Shown here: positions 1-7,829 of the stretch, piece after piece
How the letters are laid out: each line of letters starts with the position of its first letter
How positions within the stretch are numbered: the first letter of the stretch is position 1
Assembly (NCBI GenBank): GCA_041640455.1
Contig: JBEQAF010000067.1
Coordinates: forward strand, 1 to 12,130
Source: a bacterium
Lineage (GTDB): Bacteria > CALINM01
Length of the DNA stretch: 12,130 nt
Reading direction: 5' to 3'
Translations under genes and position numbers: made by a program
Notes under the pieces: model-generated
What the model was told of the DNA's origin: nothing
Seen by the model: the letters and a program-made list of their open reading frames with translations, nothing else
The model's database searches: none

Positions 1-1269
1 GGGCTTATTAACCTAACATATAATGTATCAAAAGGTAGCCTTGTAACCATTAACAGGATAGTCATAGAGGGTAATACAAAAACCAGAGACTATGTAATAA
101 GAAGAGAGATGAGCCTTGACGAAGGAGATATTTACAGCTCGAGTAAGTTGAAAAAGTCCAGAAATAAGATTAACAGGTTAGGTTTTTTTGAAGAAGTTAA
201 CTTTGTTCCCAATAGAGTTGATTATCTTAAGCCTGAGGGAGACGAAGAGGATTTTATGGATCTGATTGTCAGGGTTAAAGAGAGACCAACAGGCTATCTG
301 ACCTTTGGATTGGGATATAGCTCGGTTGATCAGTTTATGGGATCTATTCAGATATCTCAGAATAATCTTTTTGGAAGAGGTCAGAGGCTCTCTGCTACCG
401 CTCAGGCAAGCTCCAAATCCCAGAGCTATGATATAAGCTTTTTTGAACCCTATCTTCTGGGAACAAAATTTTCCGGTGGATTCAGCATTTTTAAAACAAA
501 GAGGGAGTATACAGATTATACTAAAGAAAGTACCGGCTTTGGATTAAGAAGCGGATACAGGTTTAACGAAGACTGGAGCATGAGTGTGGGTTACAGATAT
601 GAGCAGGCAACGGTATCTAATGTTAGTCAGTTTGCTTCTCAGATCATAAAAGATCAGGTAGGGACTACTAATACGAGCAGTATATATGGTTCTGTAAACT
701 ATGACACAAGAAATGATGCATTTTATCCAACCGAGGGGGAAACATTTACTTATTCTCTTGAGTTTGCTGGTGGTCCCCTCGGTGGTGATAATAAATATGC
801 AAAGTCTATGGTTGATGGCGCAAAATATTTCCTTCTGCCATGGGACCATACCATATCTGTGCATGGTCAGTACGGTGTGGTTGGAGGATATGGTGGCAAA
901 AAGGTGCCCATCTATGAAAAGTTTTTTCTTGGTGGAATGTATAGCCTGAGAGGCTTTATTACCAGAAGTATAGGTCCTAAAGACCCGGTAACTGGTGATG
1001 TTCTGGGCGGAACTAAGATGATCCTGGGTAATGTGGAGTATATTTTCCCGCTCATTAAAGAGTCCGGGGTAAGGGCTGTTATATTTTTTGATACAGGTAA
1101 TTCATTTAATAGAGATCTATTCCCATCGCAGCTTAAATATAGTGCAGGAGCAGGCATAAGATGGTATTCACCCATGGGTCCACTGAGACTTGAATGGGGT
1201 AAAAACCTGAATCCAAAAGATGGAGAGGTGAGCAGTAAATGGGAATTTTCAATAGGGACTGTATTCTGA
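1..1269 (+). CDS. bamA: Outer membrane protein assembly factor BamA (Omp85), 5'-truncated by the window edge; last POTRA domain plus beta-barrel
   Basis: Frame 1 is open from base 1 (GLINLTYNVSKGSLVTINRIVIEGNTKTRDYVIRREM), so the ATG at 109 is internal. Contains the POTRA motifs GNTKTRDYVIRRE and RLGFF, barrel start KERPTG, QNNLFGRG, loop-6 motif LRGF, WYSPMGPLRLEWG and C-terminal beta-signal WEFSIGTVF. Lies directly upstream of skp-lpxD. Confidence 0.97.
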   Translation, partial: GLINLTYNVSKGSLVTINRIVIEGNTKTRDYVIRREMSLDEGDIYSSSKLKKSRNKINRLGFFEEVNFVPNRVDYLKPEGDEEDFMDLIVRVKERPTGYLTFGLGYSSVDQFMGSIQISQNNLFGRGQRLSATAQASSKSQSYDISFFEPYLLGTKFSGGFSIFKTKREYTDYTKESTGFGLRSGYRFNEDWSMSVGYRYEQATVSNVSQFASQIIKDQVGTTNTSSIYGSVNYDTRNDAFYPTEGETFTYSLEFAGGPLGGDNKYAKSMVDGAKYFLLPWDHTISVHGQYGVVGGYGGKKVPIYEKFFLGGMYSLRGFITRSIGPKDPVTGDVLGGTKMILGNVEYIFPLIKESGVRAVIFFDTGNSFNRDLFPSQLKYSAGAGIRWYSPMGPLRLEWGKNLNPKDGEVSSKWEFSIGTVF

Positions 1270-1275
1270 TATAAT
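1267..1275 (+). promoter_or_regulatory. Putative sigma70 extended -10 element (TGnTATAAT) for an internal promoter upstream of skp
   Basis: TGA-TATAAT: the bamA stop codon (1267-1269) is followed directly by a perfect TATAAT (1270-1275), in the largest intergenic gap of the operon. The -35 match is weak (TTTCAA at 1247-1252). Confidence 0.4.
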
Positions 1276-1300
1276 TATGCAGAAAATAGAGACTTATTTC

Positions 1301-1307
1301 AGGAGGT
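1301..1307 (+). promoter_or_regulatory. Shine-Dalgarno site of skp
   Basis: AGGAGGT just upstream of the ATG at 1311. Confidence 0.85.
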
Positions 1308-1310
1308 AAG

Positions 1311-1829
1311 ATGAGAAAAATTTTCTTTGTGTCAGTAGTTTTTGCTATTTTAATGGCAACCACAGTTTTTGCGGAACAGGTAAAGATCGGTATTGTTGAT
1401 ATGCAGCGGGCACTTAACGAGTCTAAGGAAGGGCAGGAAGCCAAGAAGGAGATGGCTAAGAAAGCAGATGAGTATAAGAAAGATCTTCAGAAGCTTCAGG
1501 ATGAGCTTGATAAGCTAAAAGCCGAAATGGAGAAGCAGGGTGCTTTTTTAAGTGAAGAGGCAAGGCAGGAGAAAGAGAGGCTTTTTCAGAGAAAGCTTAA
1601 GGATTTTCAGAACCAGTATAAGGAGGCTCAGGAAGAGCTTCAGCAGAAGGATACCGAATATACAAGAAAGATCGTGCAGAAGCTGGAGAAGATACTTAAA
1701 GATATCGGAGCGGAGGAGAAATTTACTGTGATCCTTGAAAAGTCTGCCAGCGGTGTGTTTTATTTTGACAAAGCCATTGATATTACAGACAAGCTTTTAA
1801 AAAGAGCCGAAAGCGGTGACAAAAAATGA
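1311..1829 (+). CDS. skp: Periplasmic chaperone Skp/OmpH
   Basis: Signal peptide [21 protein letters not shown], then [11 protein letters not shown], a long K/E/Q-rich coiled coil and C-terminal IDITDKLL. Canonical position between bamA and lpxD. Confidence 0.95.
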   Translation: MRKIFFVSVVFAILMATTVFAEQVKIGIVDMQRALNESKEGQEAKKEMAKKADEYKKDLQKLQDELDKLKAEMEKQGAFLSEEARQEKERLFQRKLKDFQNQYKEAQEELQQKDTEYTRKIVQKLEKILKDIGAEEKFTVILEKSASGVFYFDKAIDITDKLLKRAESGDKK

Positions 1830-2851
1830 TAAGTTTCAAACTTTCTGAGCTGGCTGAAAAAATAGATGGGACGATTATAGGAGCTGACTGCATAATTTAT
1901 GGTGTAGCCTCAGTTTTTAGAGCCAGCGAGGGAGATATAGCCTTTCTTTTTAGCAGCAAGTTTATTGATATTGCAAAAACATCCAGAGCCTCAGCGTTTG
2001 TAGTTACGGAAAATATAAAATTAGAAGAGAGACCTCAGATACTGGTTAAAAACCCCTCACTTGCGCAGGCAAGGATTTTAAGACTCTTCTATCCTGAAGA
2101 AAATATAAATTATGGCATTTCTGATAAAGCTTTTGTGTCACCACTGGCAAGACTCGGTGACTCAGTAAAAGTTATGGATTTTGCTTATATCTCTGATGGA
2201 GCTTACATTCAGAGCGGAACGGTTATTTATCCCTATGTGTTTGTTGGTGAAAATGTAAAAATTGGAAAAAACGTAAGAATCTTCCCTCATGCAGTAATTA
2301 TGAATGATACGGAGATCGGCGATAACTCTATCATTTATCCAGGAGCCGTAATAGGTAGTGATGGCTTCGGCTATGCTTTCAACGGAAAAAACTATGAAAA
2401 GATACCACAGGTTGGTAAGGTAATACTTGGTAAAAATACGGAGATAGGTGCCAACACAACCATAGACAGGGCAACTCTGGACGAGACAGTTATTGGCGAT
2501 GGCTGTAAAATTGACAATCTGGTAATGATAGCTCACAATGTAAAGCTGGGAGAAAATACTGTAATAGCAGGTCAGTCTGGCATTGCGGGCAGTACCGAAG
2601 TGGGAAAATATGTGGTAATGGGCGGTCAGGTAGGTATAGCAGATCATGTAAAAATCGGCAACAATGTGATGATAGGAGGTCAGTCAGGAGTTGTGGGAAA
2701 CGTGGAGGACGGGAAAAAGATAGCTGGTATACCTGCACTGGATTATAAAAAATGGCTCAGGATTCAAGCATATCAGGAAAAACTGCCGGAGATCAAAAAA
2801 ACACTTGACCAGTTAATAAAAAAATACGGTATTAATCTGGAGGATAAATGA
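1826..2851 (+). CDS. lpxD: UDP-3-O-(3-hydroxyacyl)glucosamine N-acyltransferase LpxD
   Basis: N-terminal uridine-binding domain, hexapeptide (left-handed beta-helix) repeats, [28 protein letters not shown] with the catalytic His. ATGA overlap with skp. Confidence 0.97.
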   Translation: MISFKLSELAEKIDGTIIGADCIIYGVASVFRASEGDIAFLFSSKFIDIAKTSRASAFVVTENIKLEERPQILVKNPSLAQARILRLFYPEENINYGISDKAFVSPLARLGDSVKVMDFAYISDGAYIQSGTVIYPYVFVGENVKIGKNVRIFPHAVIMNDTEIGDNSIIYPGAVIGSDGFGYAFNGKNYEKIPQVGKVILGKNTEIGANTTIDRATLDETVIGDGCKIDNLVMIAHNVKLGENTVIAGQSGIAGSTEVGKYVVMGGQVGIADHVKIGNNVMIGGQSGVVGNVEDGKKIAGIPALDYKKWLRIQAYQEKLPEIKKTLDQLIKKYGINLEDK

Positions 2852-3279
2852 TGATAGACATTAAAGAGATAATGGACATTCTGCCACACCGTTATCCCTT
2901 TCTGCTGGTTGATAGAGTAATTGAGTTTGAAAAGGGGAAAAGAGCTGTTGGAATTAAAAATATTACAATCAATGAAAAGTTTTTTGTTGGACATTTTCCT
3001 GAGAATCCTGTAATGCCCGGCGTTCTTATGGTCGAGGCAATGGCTCAGGTGGCGGGCGTGCTTGTTTTAAAGTCTGCCGAACAGACGGGAAAAAAAGATG
3101 TCTACTTTGCTGCCATAAAGGAGGTAAAGTTCAGAAAGGTTGTAACGCCTGGAGATCAGCTGGTTATAGAAGTAGAGCTTATAAACTCCAAAAGAAATAT
3201 TTATTTTTTTAAAGGCAAGATTACAGTTGATGGAAAAGTTGCCGTAGAAGGAGAGTTTGCCGCGACCACACAGGGCTAA
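2848..3279 (+). CDS. fabZ: 3-hydroxyacyl-ACP dehydratase FabZ (true start may be the second ATG at 2851)
   Basis: [45 protein letters not shown]. The SD GGAGG at 2839-2843 is 4 nt from ATG 2848 and 7 nt from ATG 2851. Confidence 0.98.
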   Translation: MMIDIKEIMDILPHRYPFLLVDRVIEFEKGKRAVGIKNITINEKFFVGHFPENPVMPGVLMVEAMAQVAGVLVLKSAEQTGKKDVYFAAIKEVKFRKVVTPGDQLVIEVELINSKRNIYFFKGKITVDGKVAVEGEFAATTQG

Positions 3280-3298
3280 ATATATTTTTGGGGGTTTA

Positions 3299-4078
3299 AT
3301 GACAAATATTGATGAGAGAGCAATTGTTAGCAGTGGTGCCGAACTGGACGAGGATGTTACCATAGGTCCTTACTCATTTATTGGTCCCAATGTAAAACTT
3401 GGAAAAAGATGCAAGGTTTATCCCCATGCGGTAATAGATGGTTGGACTAACATTGGTGATGACTGCCAGATATTCCCTTTTGCTTCTATCGGGATGGCAC
3501 CTCAGGATATCAAATACAGGGACGAGAAAACGGAGCTAATTATTGGTAATAACAATATTATCAGAGAGTATGTAACCATAAACAGAGGCACCGTATCAGG
3601 TAGGGGAAAGACAGTTATAGGAAATAATAATTTTATTATGACCTCCTGCCATATAGCCCATGACTGCATTCTGGGGAATGAGATTGTTATGGCAAATCTG
3701 GCTACTCTTGCGGGTCATGTGGAGGTTGAGGATTATGCCGTTATAGGCGGATTTACAGCCGTTCATCAGTTTGTAAAGATAGGAACCATGTCCATGGTTG
3801 GTGGCGCTTCTGGTGTGGCGCAGGACGTGGCGCCGTTTACCATAGTGGCAGGAAACAGAGCAAAGCTTTTTGGATTAAATCTTGTGGGAATAAAAAGAAG
3901 AGGTATTGAGGGGGAGAGGCTCGAAGTTCTCAAAAAGGCATATAGAATCATATTTAAAAGCAAGCTAACCCTGCAGGAAGCTAAAGAAACTATAGAAAAA
4001 TCAGGACTATTGTCTGAAGATGTGGTAAAACTTTTAAGCTTTATGATGGATAGCAAGAGAGGAGTTATCCGTTGGTAA
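3299..4078 (+). CDS. lpxA: Acyl-ACP--UDP-N-acetylglucosamine (or UDP-GlcNAc3N) acyltransferase LpxA
   Basis: Hexapeptide repeats, PQDIKY, IREYVTINRGT, HIAHDC with the catalytic His, LAGHV, VHQF, GLNLVGIKRRG. Start reassigned from 3257 to ATG 3299: it has a G-run SD at 3290-3294, gives a typical LpxA length and avoids overlap with fabZ. Confidence 0.97.
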   Translation: MTNIDERAIVSSGAELDEDVTIGPYSFIGPNVKLGKRCKVYPHAVIDGWTNIGDDCQIFPFASIGMAPQDIKYRDEKTELIIGNNNIIREYVTINRGTVSGRGKTVIGNNNFIMTSCHIAHDCILGNEIVMANLATLAGHVEVEDYAVIGGFTAVHQFVKIGTMSMVGGASGVAQDVAPFTIVAGNRAKLFGLNLVGIKRRGIEGERLEVLKKAYRIIFKSKLTLQEAKETIEKSGLLSEDVVKLLSFMMDSKRGVIRW

Positions 4079-4965
4079 GGATTGCGGTTATTGGTGCCGG
4101 ATACCTCGGAAGGTTTCATATTGAAAAACTGAAAAATATTAAGGGCTGTTCACTGGAATATGTATGTGAGATTAATAAAAAATCTTCTGCAGCTATCAAA
4201 AATGAGTTTAATGTCAAGGTTCTTAATGATTACAGGGAGCTGATAGGTAAGGTAGATGCGGTCTCTATTGTAACGCCAACACCTACCCACTATGAAATAG
4301 CCGATTTTTTTCTTGAGAACAATGTGCATGTTTTCATAGAAAAGCCAGTAACCGATGATCTATCAAAGGCAAAAAAAATACTTAAAAAAAGAAAAAAGAA
4401 GATTGTAGTTCAGGTGGGGTACATAGAGAGATTTAATCCAGCCTTTAGATTTCTAAGTAAGCATATAAAAAATCCAGTTTCAGTGATTTTTAGAAGAAAG
4501 TCACCATTCAGTCCAAGAGGCTCTGATGTGGATGTGGTGCTGGATCTGATGATTCACGATATAGATCTTGCCATGAATATTTTCAAAAACCATAGGGCAA
4601 AAATATTATCTGTGAAAGGCTCACGAATTTTTACTGATCATAATGATATTATTAATGCGGTGATTAAGTTTGATGATGTGACTGCTGTCTTTGACATATC
4701 GAGGGCTTTTCATTCAAAGGAGAGAAAGATAACGGTGCTTGAAGAGAATGCTTATATTGAGGCAGACCTTCTTAATCAGACTGGTTACATGTTAAAGCAT
4801 GGGAAAGAGTTGAGATATGAAGAAGGCAAGAAGGACATTCTTTATGAAGAGCTAAGCTCGTTTATCATGGCTATTAATAAAAAAGAAGATCCTGTGGTAT
4901 CGCTCGAAGACGGCATAAACTCACTCAAGCTTGCACAGAATATTCTAAAAAAAGCAGAAAAATAA
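4072..4965 (+). CDS. gnnA: Gfo/Idh/MocA NAD-dependent oxidoreductase, GnnA-like (putative UDP-GlcNAc 3-dehydrogenase)
   Basis: Rossmann motif IGAGYLGRFH, TPTPTHY, FIEKP, QVGYIERFNP, RGSDVDVVLDLMIHDIDL. TTG start with AGGAG SD at 4060-4064 inside the end of lpxA. Position between lpxA and lpxB matches known gnnA context. The family is secure; the GnnA function is inferred. Confidence 0.78.
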   Translation: MVRIAVIGAGYLGRFHIEKLKNIKGCSLEYVCEINKKSSAAIKNEFNVKVLNDYRELIGKVDAVSIVTPTPTHYEIADFFLENNVHVFIEKPVTDDLSKAKKILKKRKKKIVVQVGYIERFNPAFRFLSKHIKNPVSVIFRRKSPFSPRGSDVDVVLDLMIHDIDLAMNIFKNHRAKILSVKGSRIFTDHNDIINAVIKFDDVTAVFDISRAFHSKERKITVLEENAYIEADLLNQTGYMLKHGKELRYEEGKKDILYEELSSFIMAINKKEDPVVSLEDGINSLKLAQNILKKAEK

Positions 4966-4966
4966 T

Positions 4967-6097
4967 ATGAAAAGAGGGTTAATCATAGCGGGAGAGGCTT
5001 CGGCTGACCTTTATGCATCTTTTATTGCAAAAAAGCTTAAAGAAAAACATTTAGACCTGAAGATTACTGCCATCGGAGGTAGTAAAACCGAGTCTACCAA
5101 AACTTCTCTGCTTTTTAACTATAAAGATGTTGCTGTGGTTGGTGCCTTTGAGGTGCTTGCCCATCTTAGAAAAATACTTAATGCTATTAAAGACACAGTA
5201 AAATGGATAAGAGATAATGAGCCTGATTTTATAATCTTCATAGATCTACCTGATTTTAACTTCAGGGTTATAAAAAAGATAAAGAGCTTTTATAGGGGAA
5301 AGATTATATATTTCATAAGCCCTCAGGTATGGGCATGGCGTCAGAAGAGGGTTGAGTTTATAAAAAAATATGTGGACCGAATGATTGTTATTCTTCCCTT
5401 CGAGAAGGATTTTTATAAAAAACGCGGTCTGGAGGTAGATTATTTAGGACATCCGTTGATGGAGATTGTCAAACCCACCATGTCAAAGGAGCAGTTTAGA
5501 GAAAAATTTGGATTCAACAAAGACGCAAGAATAATCTCTGTATTTTTAGGCAGTCGCCTCAAAGAGATAGAGAAACATAAAAAGGTAATAAAAGAGTTTA
5601 TTGAAAAACTCAAGATAAAATATGCCGATCTGGAGTTTGCTTTGGTATCGCCAAATAGTGATATTACCCGGATGCTTGAGCAGTATTTTTCTATGAAAAG
5701 GGTAAAGATAATTGAAGGGTATAACTATGATGCGATCAATAACTCCTTTATTGTGATATCCAAGTCAGGCACCACTACCCTTGAGACGGCTATTCTTGAA
5801 AAGCCTGCCATAGTGTTCTATAATGTCAGTAAAATTAGCTTTTTGCTGGCAAAACTTCTGATAAATGTTAAATATATTGCTCTTCCCAATATTATACTTG
5901 ACGAGCTTGTTTACCCGGAGTTTATTCAGCAAGATTTTAACAATAATAATCTCCTCACAGCCTTTGAAAGGTATATGGATGACACGGACCTCTATGTAGA
6001 GACCGTTGAAAAACTTAAAAGACTTAAAGAGATTCTGGGGGGAGAAAACTACTTTGATCTGTTGACGGAGAGAATATCAGGGATGGTGTATGGATAG
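4967..6097 (+). CDS. lpxB: Lipid-A-disaccharide synthase LpxB
   Basis: IAGEASAD, IDLPDFN, SPQVWAWR, ILPFE, GHPL, GSR, SGTTTLE, LPNII, PEFIQ. Confidence 0.96.
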   Translation: MKRGLIIAGEASADLYASFIAKKLKEKHLDLKITAIGGSKTESTKTSLLFNYKDVAVVGAFEVLAHLRKILNAIKDTVKWIRDNEPDFIIFIDLPDFNFRVIKKIKSFYRGKIIYFISPQVWAWRQKRVEFIKKYVDRMIVILPFEKDFYKKRGLEVDYLGHPLMEIVKPTMSKEQFREKFGFNKDARIISVFLGSRLKEIEKHKKVIKEFIEKLKIKYADLEFALVSPNSDITRMLEQYFSMKRVKIIEGYNYDAINNSFIVISKSGTTTLETAILEKPAIVFYNVSKISFLLAKLLINVKYIALPNIILDELVYPEFIQQDFNNNNLLTAFERYMDDTDLYVETVEKLKRLKEILGGENYFDLLTERISGMVYG

Positions 6098-7829
6098 AGA
6101 GTCTATAGTTATATACAGAAGAATACTCAGGTTTGTTAAGCCCTACTGGAAGCGGCTTTTTTTAGCTATGATATTTATGCTTGGTGTGGCAGGCACATCA
6201 GCTGCCCTTGCCTTTCTCGTTAAACCAGCCCTTGATGGGATATTTTTTGAGAAAAATTATAAAATGCTTAATATTATGCCGCTTGCTATTCTTTTTGCTT
6301 ATGCACTGAAAGGGATCTGCAATTTTTCTCAGGAGTATCATATGAACTATGTGGGGCAGAGGGTTGTAATGGATATCAGGCAGGCTCTTTATGACCATGT
6401 TCAGAAGCTTTCTTTATATCATTTTATCTCCACACCGATAGGTCAGCTTATATCAAGAATAACAGGAGATGTAAATACTCTGCAGTCCTCGGCTTCAAGG
6501 GCAATTACAAGTGTTATAAAGGATTTTTTTACAGCTCTCGGGCTACTCGGGGTGGTTTTTTACAGAGACTTTAAGCTGGCAATTATAGCTTTTATCGTTC
6601 TCCCTTTCCTATTTATCCCGATATTTCAGTTTGGTCTGAAGACCAAGCATTATAGCTATCGGGCAAATGTGGTTATGGGAAATATGCTATCTTTTCTTAA
6701 AGAGTATTTTTCTGGAATTAGAATTGTAAAGGTTTTCAACCTTGAAGAGAGGGGTAAAAAGATATTTTCCGAAGAGAATATGAAGTTTTTCAGGAATTAT
6801 ATGAAACAGATTAAGGTAAGAGCTATTTCTGGACCTATTATTGAGCTTATGTCCGCTTTTGCTATAGCTGGCGTTATCTGGTACGGCGGCAAACAGGTTA
6901 TTGCTGGTAAATCAACTCCAGGTAACTTCTTTTCCTTTATAACAGCCCTAATTCTTTTATATGAGCCCGTAAAAAGATTAAATGGATCTTATAGCGCCAT
7001 TCAGGAGGGTATAGCAGCGGCTAAAAGAATCTTTGAGATTATGGATATAGATTCAGAAAAAGCGCTGGATAAAAATGCCAGGAAAGAGCTTAGAGAGTTT
7101 AATGATTCCATTGAGTTTAGAAATGTATCTTTCAAATATGACAAAGATTATGTGCTGAAAAACTTTAATCTGAAGGTAAAGAAAGGTGAGAAGATTGGTA
7201 TAGTGGGAATGAGCGGTGGCGGGAAGAGCACACTGGTTAATCTTCTGCCAAGATTTTATGAACTGCAGGAGGGAGAGATACTGATTGATGGCACAGATAT
7301 TAGAGAGTTTACCATCAAGTCTTTGAGAAATATGATAGGCATGGTAACTCAAGAGGTTATACTGTTTAATGCAACGGTGAGGGAGAATATAGAGTATGGA
7401 AAAGAAGGAGTAGACTTTGAAAATGTTGTAACCGCGGCAAAAAGCGCCAATGCCCATAATTTTATTATGAGCTTTCCCGAGCAATATAATACAAATGTGG
7501 GAGAGATGGGTGAGTTTCTATCAGGCGGTGAAAGACAAAGAATAGCTATAGCAAGGGCATTTGTAAAAAATGCGCCCATACTGATACTGGATGAAGCCAC
7601 CTCTGCTCTTGATACTCAGTCTGAGAAAGAGGTGCAGAAGGCACTTGATGAACTTATGGCTGGGAAGACCTGTTTTATCATAGCCCACCGACTTTCAACG
7701 CTGGTTAATATGGACAGGATTATTGTTCTAAAAGAAGGAAGGATCTGTGAAGAGGGAAGTCACAACGAGCTTATGGAGAAGAAAGGTGAATATCATAAGC
7801 TTTACACCCTTCAGCAGGGAATAGTCTAA
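6090..7829 (+). CDS. msbA: Lipid A flippase, ABC transporter MsbA
   Basis: N-terminal transmembrane domain fused to an NBD with Walker A GMSGGGKS, Q-loop VTQE, signature LSGGERQR, Walker B ILILDEATSALD and H-loop IAHRLST. Lipid A operon context. Confidence 0.93.
   Translation: MDRESIVIYRRILRFVKPYWKRLFLAMIFMLGVAGTSAALAFLVKPALDGIFFEKNYKMLNIMPLAILFAYALKGICNFSQEYHMNYVGQRVVMDIRQALYDHVQKLSLYHFISTPIGQLISRITGDVNTLQSSASRAITSVIKDFFTALGLLGVVFYRDFKLAIIAFIVLPFLFIPIFQFGLKTKHYSYRANVVMGNMLSFLKEYFSGIRIVKVFNLEERGKKIFSEENMKFFRNYMKQIKVRAISGPIIELMSAFAIAGVIWYGGKQVIAGKSTPGNFFSFITALILLYEPVKRLNGSYSAIQEGIAAAKRIFEIMDIDSEKALDKNARKELREFNDSIEFRNVSFKYDKDYVLKNFNLKVKKGEKIGIVGMSGGGKSTLVNLLPRFYELQEGEILIDGTDIREFTIKSLRNMIGMVTQEVILFNATVRENIEYGKEGVDFENVVTAAKSANAHNFIMSFPEQYNTNVGEMGEFLSGGERQRIAIARAFVKNAPILILDEATSALDTQSEKEVQKALDELMAGKTCFIIAHRLSTLVNMDRIIVLKEGRICEEGSHNELMEKKGEYHKLYTLQQGIV

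Noticed and set aside
109..111. ATG 109 as the bamA start
   Set aside because: The frame is open to base 1 and encodes the POTRA motif GNTKTRDYVIRRE upstream, so the gene begins outside the window.
1277..1309. Ten-codon mini ORF MQKIETYFRR between bamA and skp, covering the skp SD
   Set aside because: It has no SD of its own, is short enough to arise by chance, and its ATG would lie upstream of the predicted start of the internal promoter. Ribosome profiling would be needed to support it.
1480..1650. Short recurring words (CTTCAG, GAGCTT, AAGCTT) in skp as a DNA repeat array
   Set aside because: Explained by coiled-coil L-Q, E-L and K-L codon pairs. There is no regular spacing or repeat-spacer structure.
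3257..3298. 14-residue N-terminal extension of LpxA
   Set aside because: It uses a TTG inside fabZ and has no LpxA-like sequence. ATG 3299 has an SD-like G-run and gives the normal length.
2100..3850. Periodic sequence in lpxD and lpxA
   Set aside because: This is the expected hexapeptide beta-helix periodicity of these acyltransferases.
4371..4397. A8, A7 and A6 tracts in the gnnA-like gene as a phase-variation switch (similar tracts: A8 8140-8147, A9 8577-8585, A9 10145-10153)
   Set aside because: All frames are intact, the tracts encode Lys runs in AT-rich DNA, and similar tracts occur in essential genes such as waaA and lpxK where on/off switching is implausible.
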